This document shows positions 8,812 to 19,250 of a DNA stretch of 64,000 nucleotides, in pieces (the stretch's first letter is position 1; each line of letters starts with the position of its first letter). Position numbers and translations under genes: made by a program. This DNA comes from Candidatus Iainarchaeum sp. (GTDB lineage: Archaea; Iainarchaeota; Iainarchaeia; Iainarchaeales; GCA-2688035), in the NCBI GenBank assembly GCA_017610205.1, contig JAFCCL010000002.1, positions 32,001 to 96,000 of the forward strand. Direction: 5' to 3'. The notes beneath the pieces are model-generated. The model was not told where the DNA came from, searched no databases, and saw only the letters and a program-made list of their open reading frames with translations.

Positions 8812-10368
8812 TCAGATTGGAAAACAATTAAACAAAGCAAAAGAAGAATTATTGTAAACAAGCAAGTCAGACCATTGACTGACCCCGCCAGTATTACGAG
8901 TAACAAAGTAATCAGCATTATAATCTTTGCACAGAGACAAGTATTTTTCTCTGGACAGTGAATCAAAATTGCATTCCCTGCCAATAAATAACGCAGAAGA
9001 TTTGAATTCAATTACATTGCACAAAGCAAGTAATCGATTGAACCACTCATCCTGTATTACGCTTCCTCTCCCAACTGGATTGGTTTTAGCCTCAACAACC
9101 ACACTTCTCTCAGAGTATAGCCTAAATCCACGCAGATAAGGCGGGGTCAAAAACAAGCTATTCTTTGGTGTGTTTAACCTTGCATAGTTTGCAATATCAG
9201 TAAAGTTGTTTGCCCTAGGTTCAATCCCAGGTTGATTAAAATCAGGAACTGAAAATAGGCCGAGTGCAAAAAAAACAGCAAGGGAAAACAGAAGTAGCCT
9301 GCATAGTTCAGAGAATTCAATTGAGTTTTTGCTTACAGTGAATTTTATGCCGGTAATCAGATTAAATAAGGCAATTGAAAGTAGAATAACAAATGAGATT
9401 GTTAAAAAAACATCAACCCTTATGAGATACAAAAACAGTACAAATTCTATTGGGGCAAGGATTGTGAAAATCAAACCAAGTGCAATGATTGCCAGCAGGA
9501 CATAATTCCAGTAGCAAAATTCTTTCTTTGATTTGGTTGTTATTAATAGAACTATGACAAAAAACGCAAATACAAAGTAGGCGAGAATTTCTTCAATTTT
9601 TGGAAAGAAATGGAATGGAACATTGAACATAATCAATTCTGTTATGCTATACTGTGGAATGGGCTGGGAAAAGGGAGTGAATGTTAGGATAAGCGACAAC
9701 AACGCAGGCAGTATAATTAGAACATAAACAAGTATGGATTTTTTCAGAAGTTTGAAATTTTTTTGTAAAAAAAGACCGGGAAGCATTGCAAGAAATACAA
9801 AAAAGCTAATCTGGCCATGGACATAAAACAAAAGACTGCAAACAGTAAAAGAAAGCAAATATCTCTTTTTCAGCATTAAGTAAAGACAAAGCAATGCAAT
9901 CGGCACAGCAATAAAATAAGGGACCAGAGCAGTGGTAATTACGGAAAAATTTGAGAGGGTTGGAAAGTTTCTTGCAAGCAACAACAGCAAACAAGCCAAC
10001 AAGCCGATGTGCTTTTTTGCTGTTAATTCAAACGAAATTTTGTAAACAAAATAAAATATGAAAAAAGTTATGGCAGTAAATGCAAAAAAGTAAATGTAGG
10101 AAATTGGAACAAACGTGATTTTTGAAACAATAAAAAGCATGAGGTGAGGAAGCATCTTCACTGCAGGAGGGTTAATAATCTGCATATCAAAATCTTTTTG
10201 GTAAAGCTCGTTATCAAAAAAATGCAGAACGGCAGGAAGTTGTGTGGATTGGTCCGAAGAATAAAAATGATATCCTGAAAAAACAAAGACAGACACCAAA
10301 GTAAGGGCAATCAAAAAAATAATTGGAAGATTGTCAACCGATTTTGATAAACTAAGCAACTGGTTCAA
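8812..10368 (-). CDS. Polytopic membrane protein, putative GT-C type glycosyltransferase
   Basis: Many TM segments plus soluble C-terminus (FLTPP..GFRLYSERSVVVE..K); between two glycosyltransferases. Confidence 0.65.
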   Translation of the reverse strand: MNQLLSLSKSVDNLPIIFLIALTLVSVFVFSGYHFYSSDQSTQLPAVLHFFDNELYQKDFDMQIINPPAVKMLPHLMLFIVSKITFVPISYIYFFAFTAITFFIFYFVYKISFELTAKKHIGLLACLLLLLARNFPTLSNFSVITTALVPYFIAVPIALLCLYLMLKKRYLLSFTVCSLLFYVHGQISFFVFLAMLPGLFLQKNFKLLKKSILVYVLIILPALLSLILTFTPFSQPIPQYSITELIMFNVPFHFFPKIEEILAYFVFAFFVIVLLITTKSKKEFCYWNYVLLAIIALGLIFTILAPIEFVLFLYLIRVDVFLTISFVILLSIALFNLITGIKFTVSKNSIEFSELCRLLLFSLAVFFALGLFSVPDFNQPGIEPRANNFTDIANYARLNTPKNSLFLTPPYLRGFRLYSERSVVVEAKTNPVGRGSVIQDEWFNRLLALCNVIEFKSSALFIGRECNFDSLSREKYLSLCKDYNADYFVTRNTGGVSQWSDLLVYNNSSFALFNCFPI

Positions 10369-11822
10369 TTCGAAGCTCCCTCCCTAATATCAACTACCCT
10401 AACGGTTGGATTGCTAAAGCCAAAGCTCTTGTAAGACGGATTAATTTCCTTAACAGGGTAATTGTTGAACAATTCTAAATACTTTTCATTGGCTGCATAC
10501 ACTAGTGTATCTTGTCCGCTTAAGCCTGCGCCAAAAGCATATTCTTTATACACAAAACTGGTTGCAACAATATAGCTAACATTATCATCCAGTTCTTTCA
10601 CTAAATTAAGATAATCCGAGCTCCCAAAGCCCTGTCTTGGCAAAGCATACCAGCCCCATTTTGCTTTTCCAGGCAATGTTTCAAGATATTCTTTTGCCTG
10701 CGCTCTTGTGTCATTGTTAAGGCTATAATCCAGTTGAATTGTTTCAGCAAGCGGAATTGCCAACGAGATTAGTATCAGCAACACTGTAAGAATTTTCCAC
10801 TTTTTAGGCAAAAAAGACTTAATTGCCAAAATTCCCTTGTAAGAAAAGTAAATCAACAGCGGAATAATTGGAATCACATAGCGCATGAAATCAGGAAATG
10901 GCTTGCTTGGAGAAAACTCTATTGAAAAATAAAACAGCAACGTGTATACTATGAGGATTTTGTCCTGCCACCCTGTTTTTTTCCACTTGAAGAATGCAAA
11001 GCCAATGAAAAACAAGGCAAGCAATGTTAACAGCAGGGTCATTCCAGGAATAATGCTTTGGGTTAAATGGAATGCGAAAAAATTGTCAATTGCATAAATT
11101 TTCAAATTGTGACCGACTAAGGCGTGGTTTGTTTCAAAGCCAATTCCTTTCCAAAAAATTCCAAAGTCATAGAGTAGCGGGTAATTTACAACTACGAAAA
11201 CAATCAGGGAAATTGCAACAGAAAAAAAGATTTTTTTGAAGTAATTTAAATTTTTTATTGACTGAACAAACAGGGGAGAAATTAAATAAATTAGAATAAG
11301 CAATGCTCCCATGTATTTAGAGGACAGAGCCAAACCAGTTGCAAGGCCAAGAAGCAAAAGAGAGCGGTTATCAGTTCGCTTTACAAACCGCATAAAAAGA
11401 AGGAGGGAAAGTAAAGCAAAAAACGTGAAAATTATATCCTCTTTGAGGTAATGGGAATGAACCACCAGTATAGGGGATATTGCAACTGCAAGGGCAACAA
11501 TTAAGGAATACTTTTTGTTCAAAGTAAGCCGTGAAACAAAGTAGGACAAAAAAACAATCAATGCTCCAAAAATTGCCGTGGAAATCCTGCCAAGAAAAAC
11601 AATATCTTGGGATCGTGTAAAATCAGACAAAAAATTTCCTGCCCTGACCACTTGAAGCATTAAAATCGGGTGATGAAAATCCTGCTCAAAGTTCTTAACA
11701 AACCTGACTTTTTTTAGTTCGTCAATATGATAACCAAGAGGAAAATCAATGTTGTATAAATTAAGCAAGAGGGAAAACAAAATTATTGCCAACAAGGCAA
11801 TTGCCACAAATTTTCTCCGCAT
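10365..11822 (-). CDS. GT-C glycosyltransferase (PMT/ArnT-like)
   Basis: HIDE acidic motif in first loop, HHPIL, SHYLKED, SSKY, RYVIP; multiple TMs. Confidence 0.85.
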   Translation of the reverse strand: MRRKFVAIALLAIILFSLLLNLYNIDFPLGYHIDELKKVRFVKNFEQDFHHPILMLQVVRAGNFLSDFTRSQDIVFLGRISTAIFGALIVFLSYFVSRLTLNKKYSLIVALAVAISPILVVHSHYLKEDIIFTFFALLSLLLFMRFVKRTDNRSLLLLGLATGLALSSKYMGALLILIYLISPLFVQSIKNLNYFKKIFFSVAISLIVFVVVNYPLLYDFGIFWKGIGFETNHALVGHNLKIYAIDNFFAFHLTQSIIPGMTLLLTLLALFFIGFAFFKWKKTGWQDKILIVYTLLFYFSIEFSPSKPFPDFMRYVIPIIPLLIYFSYKGILAIKSFLPKKWKILTVLLILISLAIPLAETIQLDYSLNNDTRAQAKEYLETLPGKAKWGWYALPRQGFGSSDYLNLVKELDDNVSYIVATSFVYKEYAFGAGLSGQDTLVYAANEKYLELFNNYPVKEINPSYKSFGFSNPTVRVVDIREGASN

Positions 11823-11939
11823 AACTTATATTACCATTAACCCCTTTTAAAGAATATTAGTATTGGAAGCAAACATACACTACCCAAAGCAAGTAATGAA
11901 CTCAAAATCTGTTTAAACAAAAGAATTAAATTAGGAAAA

Positions 11940-12347
11940 ATGAACTATATTAGTATGTTTAGACAAAAAAAAGTGAAAAAAATAAGTGTTACAACAACAC
12001 ACTACAAGGGACCTGAACAAAGGCAAAAAGGTTCTAACAGAAGAATCGGAAAAGAAAGAAGAAATTTTCTTAGAAGGAGAGAGAAACCAGAAAGACTGCT
12101 TCTAAAAAGGGACATTGGTTTTGGAAAAACAATTTCCGGAAAATTTTGGCTGGAAATGCAGGAATTAAAAAAAACACCTGGAAAGGAACGCAAATTGTTT
12201 ACAACCAAAAAAAGAGGGGATTACGTAGTGTTCAGGGACGGGAATTTTTACATTTTTACCGACAGACGTTTCCAAGGAAAAAGACGCGAAAAAGAGAGAA
12301 GAAGCAACAAGGGAAAGAAGACAAAAGTAATCAAGAAAGGGAAATGA
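11940..12347 (+). CDS. Small highly basic hypothetical protein with ERR/DRR motifs
   Basis: Fills intergenic gap; K/R rich. Confidence 0.6.
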   Translation: MNYISMFRQKKVKKISVTTTHYKGPEQRQKGSNRRIGKERRNFLRRREKPERLLLKRDIGFGKTISGKFWLEMQELKKTPGKERKLFTTKKRGDYVVFRDGNFYIFTDRRFQGKRREKERRSNKGKKTKVIKKGK

Positions 12348-12400
12348 AACCCCTGCAAAAGCTATTTAAATAAGGTTCAATTTAGTTAATACAAACAGTT

Positions 12401-13936
12401 TTGGAAAAGATTATTATGCCAGGCTTTGACAAATTTGATGACCCTTCATACAGCGGGAATGTAGAGTTTGAAGATGAAAGTCCAATTGGACAGGTAACAG
12501 GAATAATAGCACCGTTTAAGAAATTCCTGCCGCATATAATTGCACTGGTAGTAATTGTAGTAATTGCATTCCTTGCATACGACTTTTTTATTGGCAGCAT
12601 GCTTTCAGTTACATTAACAATAAAAGACACAGAAGGAAAAATGTTGAACGAAAACAGCATTAAGCTTTATGTCGAAGGACAGGACTCGCCTATATTCACA
12701 GACTCCGATTCTTCAATTTACGATATACAACTCAAACCAGGAACCTACAGATATATTGTTGCAGTAGATGGCTACGATACAGCAAAAAACTCTTTCACCG
12801 TAAGCGCTGAAGACAAAGAGCCAGTAATTGAAGTAAAAAAAGACCTTGATATCGACATAATCAACTTTGAACAAAACTTTCCTGAAAAACTCTACGCAGG
12901 AAGCACAAATACTTTTTTTATAACACTAAAAAACAATTCAGACAATATTGCAGAAAATGTCAGCCTTGAAGCAGAAAACGACATTGAGAAATGGGCAAAT
13001 ACAACAATTGGCACAATTCAGCCAAATTCAACAAAAGAGGTTGAAATTGAAATCACTGTTCCACAAAATGCAGAAGTAGGCGATGAAGATGAAGGAGACC
13101 AAAAAAATGCGGTTGTCAGGATAAAATATACAACAAATAAAAGCAACGCAGATTTTATTCTTTACCCAAATCCAGCAGTCAAAATGGACCTTGATGAGGC
13201 ATCATTTGGTGCAAAGGCCGGAGAAAAAGACCAGGACACAATAGGAATTGAAAACAACAACAAATTCCCAATAGGAGATTTGACACTTACCATTGAAATA
13301 ACAAGCGCCACAAAAAATTCCGCAAGCGAAGTAAAGCAATGGTTCCAGTTTACAGAGGTTGCAAACCAGACAAATCCACAGAAAATTGAAATAACACGCA
13401 TTGAAGCAAGAGGAGATGTTGAAAAAGAACTACAGGTAATCATTCCAACAACAGCCCAAAAAGAAGACGACATAAAAGGAAACATTGTTCTAAACGCACC
13501 ATACCTTTCAAAACCAATAAAAAGAACACTAACTCTTGACATTAAAGAAGGCGCAGATTATGGCCTGGCTATTTCAACAAGAAGCCCTATTGACATTGAA
13601 TGGGATGAAACAATTGGAAATTATGAAGAAAAAATTATTGACATTAAAGTAAAAAACACAGGAAAAATTGACCTTGAAAACATTGTTCTTTCAGTATCAA
13701 ACAAAGTAATATGCGATTCTGATTGGCTTACTTTAATAGACTATCAAATTAATACTCTTCCAGAAGGAGCAACAGAGGAACTAAAAGCAAAGGCAAGCTC
13801 ACCAATTGCAGTTAGAGGAAGGGAAGAATCAAAACACTGCAACCTGCATTACAGATATGATGACCCAACAATGCCAGGCATTTATGTTGAAAAAGACTTT
13901 ACAAATTTCATTGAAATAGTGCCAAAAGCAAATTAA
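12401..13936 (+). CDS. Membrane-anchored protein with several Ig-like (CARDB-like) domains
   Basis: One N-terminal TM, repeated beta-rich units (ITLKNNSD, IENNNK, VKNTGKIDL); start probably ATG 12416. Confidence 0.75.
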   Translation: MEKIIMPGFDKFDDPSYSGNVEFEDESPIGQVTGIIAPFKKFLPHIIALVVIVVIAFLAYDFFIGSMLSVTLTIKDTEGKMLNENSIKLYVEGQDSPIFTDSDSSIYDIQLKPGTYRYIVAVDGYDTAKNSFTVSAEDKEPVIEVKKDLDIDIINFEQNFPEKLYAGSTNTFFITLKNNSDNIAENVSLEAENDIEKWANTTIGTIQPNSTKEVEIEITVPQNAEVGDEDEGDQKNAVVRIKYTTNKSNADFILYPNPAVKMDLDEASFGAKAGEKDQDTIGIENNNKFPIGDLTLTIEITSATKNSASEVKQWFQFTEVANQTNPQKIEITRIEARGDVEKELQVIIPTTAQKEDDIKGNIVLNAPYLSKPIKRTLTLDIKEGADYGLAISTRSPIDIEWDETIGNYEEKIIDIKVKNTGKIDLENIVLSVSNKVICDSDWLTLIDYQINTLPEGATEELKAKASSPIAVRGREESKHCNLHYRYDDPTMPGIYVEKDFTNFIEIVPKAN

Positions 13937-13965
13937 TTAAAAAATAATTTTAACAAGCAAATTAA

Positions 13966-14370
13966 TTAAAGGGTATTTTTAACAAGCTCTTTAAGGCTTT
14001 CAGGAGCCTCAAAATCCTTTGACAAAAACTCGTCCTTGCCAATCCATTTGCTGCTTGCAATGCTTTCATTGCTTTTATGCGGCAAAATCACGCTTGCATC
14101 AGAAGCAGCATTGCATTTGAAAACAGTGCAAACCGCAAGGTTTCCGTCACTAACCCTGTTAAACCAATAAACACCAAGTGGTTTATCCACTTCAACATCA
14201 AGAGCAGTTTCTTCCTTTACCTCACGGCAAAGGGTCTGCATTGGCTCTTCACCATCCTCAACCTTTCCACCAGGCAAATCCCAGAGCTTTTTCCTGCCAA
14301 TTTCAAGCTCCAAGGCAAGAAACTTGCCATCCCTAACAATAAGGGCCTTCATTGCAGCTATTGCAGTCAT
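13966..14370 (-). CDS. NUDIX hydrolase
   Basis: Nudix box PGGKVEDGEEPMQTLCREVKEET. Confidence 0.92.
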   Translation of the reverse strand: MTAIAAMKALIVRDGKFLALELEIGRKKLWDLPGGKVEDGEEPMQTLCREVKEETALDVEVDKPLGVYWFNRVSDGNLAVCTVFKCNAASDASVILPHKSNESIASSKWIGKDEFLSKDFEAPESLKELVKNTL

Positions 14371-14448
14371 AAGAAAAAAATTAGGGAAAGGAATGTTTAA
14401 AAAGGAAACTAAAAGGGGAGCATATAAAAAGGCTTGCAGGCAAAGAAT

Positions 14449-14520
14449 AGCCCCGGGAGAGATTTGAACTCTCGACCCCCACTTTACGAGAGTGGTGCTC
14501 TACCACTGAGCTACCGGGGC
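14449..14520 (-). tRNA. tRNA-Thr(CGT)
   Basis: GCCCCGG acceptor, anticodon arm CCACT-CTCGTAA-AGTGG, T arm GAGAG-TTCAAAT-CTCTC; no encoded CCA. Confidence 0.95.
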
Positions 14521-14542
14521 AATAAATGATTACTAGGAACAT

Positions 14543-16168
14543 ATGCTTTTAAATATTTTTATAGTATACGATATTATGAATAATAATTTTAATCTATTTT
14601 CACTCAATTCACGTGTAGATGTTCACCCACGAACTTGGATTTGCATAGGGGGAAAGGAATTACCAACATTTGTAAGAAAACTAGAAAAAGAAGTTATTGA
14701 AAAACAAGGGTTAACAAGAGAGAACCTAAGTAGGGAGTTGGCTAGGAGTTTAAACTGTTCCCATACTAGTTTTAAACAGTTGTTTCAAGAGAAGAGAGCT
14801 TTTTATCCACTCCCTTTCATCCTTAAACTTAGCAAACTTGCACAGAATAAAAAAATTTTAAAAAAAATTAATTCAGAAACCACATTTTTGAAAGTTAATT
14901 CTGCCTCAGCAAAACCTCTAAAAGTATGCAAAAAATTAAACATCAACTTAGCTAAACTAATTGGTTCTTTTATGGCAGATGGAAGCTTGAGTATTCAAAT
15001 CATCTTTTCTGCAAGAGAAAAAAGAAAACTTAAACCTATTGTAGAAACTCTGCTAAAAAACAGCCAAAGGTTTTCTCTAAATTACTCCAAGAAGAGAAAC
15101 GAACACTATCTAAACATAACAAAAAATAAAAATAACATCAATCTCATTGATTCACTGCAAACAAAACGTCTAACGAATATACAAAGCCATTACGCGATTG
15201 AATTAAGTGATGCCTACAAAGACAATGTCCTTTTCTTTAAAAATTTAGTTATAAATGAGTTTGGAGTAAACCCCAACAAATTTTACAAAAAAGAGAATAT
15301 GTGGCGTGTAACTTTTTCTAACAAGATAGTGGCAAGGTTTCTTGAAAAGTTCTTTGAAATTTGGCCTGGCAAAAAGTCTGACGACGCATTTGAACCAGCG
15401 ATAATCAAAAAAGCCCATCTGAAGATGAGAAAAGCTTTTGCTCTTGGCTTACTCACATTTGACGGTTGTATTACAAAACAGGGTAAAATGTGCTATAGTT
15501 CAAATAGCAAAACTCTAATTGAAGCTTTAGCAGATATATGGAAAAGAGACGGCATAGAATACGGAAGAAGTAAGACTAAAAGAGGAGATTACACCATAAA
15601 TGCATATTTAACAAATGATAAGAAAAAACTACTTCAATATTTTGAGCCAAATACCCAAAAATGGAAATTGATTCATTGGTTAGAAGGCGATTTAACTAAG
15701 AAACCTGTTATCAAAGAAACAACGGTAACAAAAATTTCTGAGGAAAAGATATTTAATCTGCTTCGTAGGAAAAAAAACTGTGATATTATATATCTTACAA
15801 AATTTTTTGGATGCAAACAATCAACTGCGAGGTACTATCTAAAAACACTAAAAAAACAAAAAAGAATTGTTCTTAGCAGAAACATAAAATCCATCAATCC
15901 AAAAAACGTAAGTGAAAAAACTATGGTTTTAGTGAATAAGAAATGGCATAAAAAACTATTTAACGGGATAAAAAAGAGGTTTGTTTATGATAAAGAGTTT
16001 GCAACCAGCTTAGACATACCTAAAGCAACACTTTCTGCATGGAAACTGAGAAAAAACCATATCCCACTTCACCGTTTGGAAACAATGTGTAAAACCTTAA
16101 ATTTAGATTTTCAAAAATTTTGCAATAATTTAGTAGAAGAAGACAGAGAAATTGCTGCAATAAACTAA
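14543..16168 (+). CDS. Free-standing double-motif LAGLIDADG endonuclease-like protein with HTH domains
   Basis: LAKLIGSFMADGSL and FALGLLTFDGCI motifs; HTH-like segments at both termini; no Hint/intein motifs; start may be 14576. Confidence 0.8.
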   Translation: MLLNIFIVYDIMNNNFNLFSLNSRVDVHPRTWICIGGKELPTFVRKLEKEVIEKQGLTRENLSRELARSLNCSHTSFKQLFQEKRAFYPLPFILKLSKLAQNKKILKKINSETTFLKVNSASAKPLKVCKKLNINLAKLIGSFMADGSLSIQIIFSAREKRKLKPIVETLLKNSQRFSLNYSKKRNEHYLNITKNKNNINLIDSLQTKRLTNIQSHYAIELSDAYKDNVLFFKNLVINEFGVNPNKFYKKENMWRVTFSNKIVARFLEKFFEIWPGKKSDDAFEPAIIKKAHLKMRKAFALGLLTFDGCITKQGKMCYSSNSKTLIEALADIWKRDGIEYGRSKTKRGDYTINAYLTNDKKKLLQYFEPNTQKWKLIHWLEGDLTKKPVIKETTVTKISEEKIFNLLRRKKNCDIIYLTKFFGCKQSTARYYLKTLKKQKRIVLSRNIKSINPKNVSEKTMVLVNKKWHKKLFNGIKKRFVYDKEFATSLDIPKATLSAWKLRKNHIPLHRLETMCKTLNLDFQKFCNNLVEEDREIAAIN

Positions 16169-17652
16169 GGCTTATCAGTAAACTCTTTTCTAATCTTTCT
16201 TAAAAAAGATGGCAACTCAGGTATTTTGACTCTAACTTGCTTCATTGAATCTCTATACCGATATGTCACAGTATCATCATCTTTAGTTTGGTAATCAACT
16301 GTAATTCCTCCAAAAACCCCAACTTCATCTGCTCGCGAATACCTTTTCCCAATGCTTCCTTTTTCGTCGTAAAGAGCATCAAACTCTTCATCCAATAAAT
16401 TCACAAATATCTTTTTTGCAATTTCACTTAACCCATCTTTCTTAACTAGAGGATAAACACCCACATCATAGGGTGCAATTTTTGCAGGAAGCTTTAGATA
16501 AATTCTTTCCTCAGACCCGCGCTTTTCCTTCCTAAAAACAAGATCCAAGGTAACATAAAAGCTTCTGTCAATTCCTGCCGAAAGCTCAAACACATGCGGA
16601 ATGAATTCCTTTCCGTCTTCCTTGACTGCAAGCTTTTGCTTGCTTTCCTTTTGATGCCCTTTCAGGTCATAATCTGTCCGATAATTACAGGCAACAAGCT
16701 CAATCCAGCCCAAATCTGTTTCAATTTCAAAATCCCATGTTTCCCTTGCATAAAATGCCTTTTCGTCCTTGTCAAGCTCCCTAAAACGCATTTTTGAAAC
16801 AGGAATTCCAAAAGATTCGTACAATTGCTGGTTTCTTGCAAGATAGTATGCAACAAGCTTTCCTGAAACAAGCTTTTTCTTCACAGCATCCTTGCACGAA
16901 ATTGGTTTTGTTTTCTTTCCCAAAAGCATTAGGTTAAGATTGTAATTTTCCACTTCTGCAAAATTTGGAATTTCATCAATCTTGTCAGGGTTGAAGAAAA
17001 CCTCAACTTCCATCTGACCTATTTCACGTTCCCTAATCAAACTGTTTCTTGGAGAAATTTCGTTCCTAAAACTTTTTCCAGCCTGAGCAATTCCAATTGG
17101 AAGCTGGTGCCGCATTGTCTTGTAAAGCCTTGAAAAGTCCAAAAAAATGCTTTGACAGGTTTCAGGCCGTAGATAACACGATGAATCGCCTGTTGCCCCA
17201 ATGTCAACCTTTATCATCATATTAAACTTTTTTACAGTTGCAAAATTGCTTCCCCCGCATTTTGGACACTTTACTGAATGTTTTTTTATCAGCTTATCTA
17301 ACTCAGTAGTGCTCAAGCTTTCAGGAACAATGCCCTTTGAATGAACTTCAATAAGCTTGTCTGCCCTATGAAGTGAATTGCATTTACTGCATTGTACTAT
17401 TGGGTCATTAAAATTTTGAATGTGCCCCGAAGCCCTAAAAACTGGTTCTGGCAAAATCTGCGAGCCAAAGATTTCAAACATTGATTCCTTTTCAACCAAT
17501 TGCTTTCTCCACAAATTAATTATCTTGCGCCTTATTGTTTCACCATCCGGCCCAAAGTCAAAAAAACCAGACGGGCTTCCGGCATAAATTCCAGCACTTG
17601 GAAAAAAAAGGCTTCTCCTCAAAGCCAGGTTTGCAATCTCTTCTTTTGGCAT
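16165..17652 (-). CDS. glyS: Glycyl-tRNA synthetase (alpha2, archaeal/eukaryotic type)
   Basis: YLRPETCQ, GKSFRNEISPR, FELSAGIDR, anticodon domain SIGKRYSRADEVG. Confidence 0.95.
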   Translation of the reverse strand: MPKEEIANLALRRSLFFPSAGIYAGSPSGFFDFGPDGETIRRKIINLWRKQLVEKESMFEIFGSQILPEPVFRASGHIQNFNDPIVQCSKCNSLHRADKLIEVHSKGIVPESLSTTELDKLIKKHSVKCPKCGGSNFATVKKFNMMIKVDIGATGDSSCYLRPETCQSIFLDFSRLYKTMRHQLPIGIAQAGKSFRNEISPRNSLIREREIGQMEVEVFFNPDKIDEIPNFAEVENYNLNLMLLGKKTKPISCKDAVKKKLVSGKLVAYYLARNQQLYESFGIPVSKMRFRELDKDEKAFYARETWDFEIETDLGWIELVACNYRTDYDLKGHQKESKQKLAVKEDGKEFIPHVFELSAGIDRSFYVTLDLVFRKEKRGSEERIYLKLPAKIAPYDVGVYPLVKKDGLSEIAKKIFVNLLDEEFDALYDEKGSIGKRYSRADEVGVFGGITVDYQTKDDDTVTYRYRDSMKQVRVKIPELPSFLRKIRKEFTDKP

Positions 17653-17733
17653 AATATACCAATTAAACTGGCAATTCCTTTTATAATTTTGCTATTTTTT
17701 CGCCTTTGCTTACTTTTTTAAGGACATAAACCA

Positions 17734-18552
17734 TTGTTTTATATTATGGCAAGAGATATATCACAATTAAGAAAACAACTAATTAACAGGGCAAAAAAGC
17801 AGGTTCAGGTAAGGTATTCTGAGAAAGACGTGCATATAATAAGGGCAATTTCCGTTTTGGGGGACCTTGACAACTCATTCAACCTCTTGGCAGAAAATGC
17901 CATTGAATGGTACGGAGGGCATTTCCCCGAACTGCATTCAATTATAAGAGACAACGAAACCTATTTGAGGATTGTAAAAGAAATTGGAGAAAAGGAAAAA
18001 ATTTCGGAAAAAAATATTTTAAAAATTTTGGGCGAAAGCGGAAAAGAAAAAAAGGTTGAAGAAAAGGCAAAAAAATCAATGGGCAGTCCCATTCAAAAAA
18101 AGACCCTTGAAGAGCTTCAATTACTTGCATCAAACGCTCTTGCGCTTAAAAGCGAAAGAAAAAAGCTTCAGGAATTTATTGAAAAAGAAATGGAAAAAAT
18201 TGCTCCAAATTTTTCAAAAATTGCAGGAGGAGTGCTTGGAGCAAGGCTTATGGCAAACGCAGGAGGCCTGAAACAGCTTGCAATGGTTCCTGCGTCAACA
18301 ATGCAATTGCTTGGAGCAGAAAAGGCATTGTTTAGACATTTAAAAAACAAAAAAAGCAAGGGACCAAAATACGGCTTTATTTACGGGCACACTCTTGTAA
18401 AACAGGTTCCTGGCAAAAACAAGGGAAAGGCTGCAAGAAGCCTTGCATCAAAACTTGCACTTGCCGCAAGAGCAGATTATTTTGGAAACAAAAAGGACGT
18501 GTCAAAAGAAATGCTTGCAGACCTTGAAAAAAGGGCAGCTGAATTAAAGTAA
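17734..18552 (+). CDS. nop5: Box C/D sRNP protein Nop5
   Basis: EWYGGHFPEL, PASTMQLLGAEKALF, GPKYG, LAARAD. Confidence 0.93.
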   Translation: MFYIMARDISQLRKQLINRAKKQVQVRYSEKDVHIIRAISVLGDLDNSFNLLAENAIEWYGGHFPELHSIIRDNETYLRIVKEIGEKEKISEKNILKILGESGKEKKVEEKAKKSMGSPIQKKTLEELQLLASNALALKSERKKLQEFIEKEMEKIAPNFSKIAGGVLGARLMANAGGLKQLAMVPASTMQLLGAEKALFRHLKNKKSKGPKYGFIYGHTLVKQVPGKNKGKAARSLASKLALAARADYFGNKKDVSKEMLADLEKRAAELK

Positions 18553-18575
18553 ATGTATAAGAAAGTGGAATTAGA

Positions 18576-19250
18576 GTGGTGTTTGTTTTGGAAGAAATTT
18601 TTCCCGAAGTTTTTGAACACGAAAACAAAATCTTTACAAAAAACCTTGTGCCAGGCGTAAAGGTTTACGGCGAAAGGCTTTTGAAAATTGACAATGTTGA
18701 ATACAGGCAATGGGATTTTTTCAGAAGCAAGCTTGCAGCAGCAATAAAAAACGGGCTTACCGAAATGCCAATAAGAAAAGGCTCAACTGTTTTATACCTT
18801 GGAGCAGCAGAGGGAACAACCTTAAGCCATGTAAGCGACATCATTGGCGAAACAGGACTTGCTTTTGGTGTAGATATAAGTGAACGGGTAATGCGAAAAT
18901 TTATTGGAATGTGCGAACAGAGAAAAAATGTAATGCCAGTAATAGAAGATGCAAGAAAGCCCTGGACCTACAAAGCATTTCTTGAAGGAAAAAAAGTAGA
19001 CCTGTTGTTTCAGGATGTAGCACAATCCGACCAGTCAAGAATTTTTTTAAAAAACACAGAATACTTTCTTGAAAAAGGCAGTGCAGGAATGCTGGTAGTT
19101 AAGGCAAAAAGCATTTCACAGCAAAGCGATGTAGGAAGCGTTTTTGGAAAAGAACTCGGAGCACTAACAGAACAATTCAAAATAAAGCAGGTTGTAAACC
19201 TAAAGCCGTTTGAAAAAGACCACGTGCTTGCATTGTGCAAAAAACTCTAG
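18576..19250 (+). CDS. flpA: Fibrillarin-like rRNA/tRNA 2'-O-methyltransferase
   Basis: VYGE, RSKLAAAI, VLYLGAAEGTT, QDVAQ, PFEKDH. Confidence 0.95.
   Translation: MVFVLEEIFPEVFEHENKIFTKNLVPGVKVYGERLLKIDNVEYRQWDFFRSKLAAAIKNGLTEMPIRKGSTVLYLGAAEGTTLSHVSDIIGETGLAFGVDISERVMRKFIGMCEQRKNVMPVIEDARKPWTYKAFLEGKKVDLLFQDVAQSDQSRIFLKNTEYFLEKGSAGMLVVKAKSISQQSDVGSVFGKELGALTEQFKIKQVVNLKPFEKDHVLALCKKL

Noticed and set aside
14543-16168. Intein or group I intron host for the LAGLIDADG gene
   Set aside because: No Hint blocks or HN|C/S/T end, and both neighbours (tRNA-Thr, glyS) are uninterrupted.
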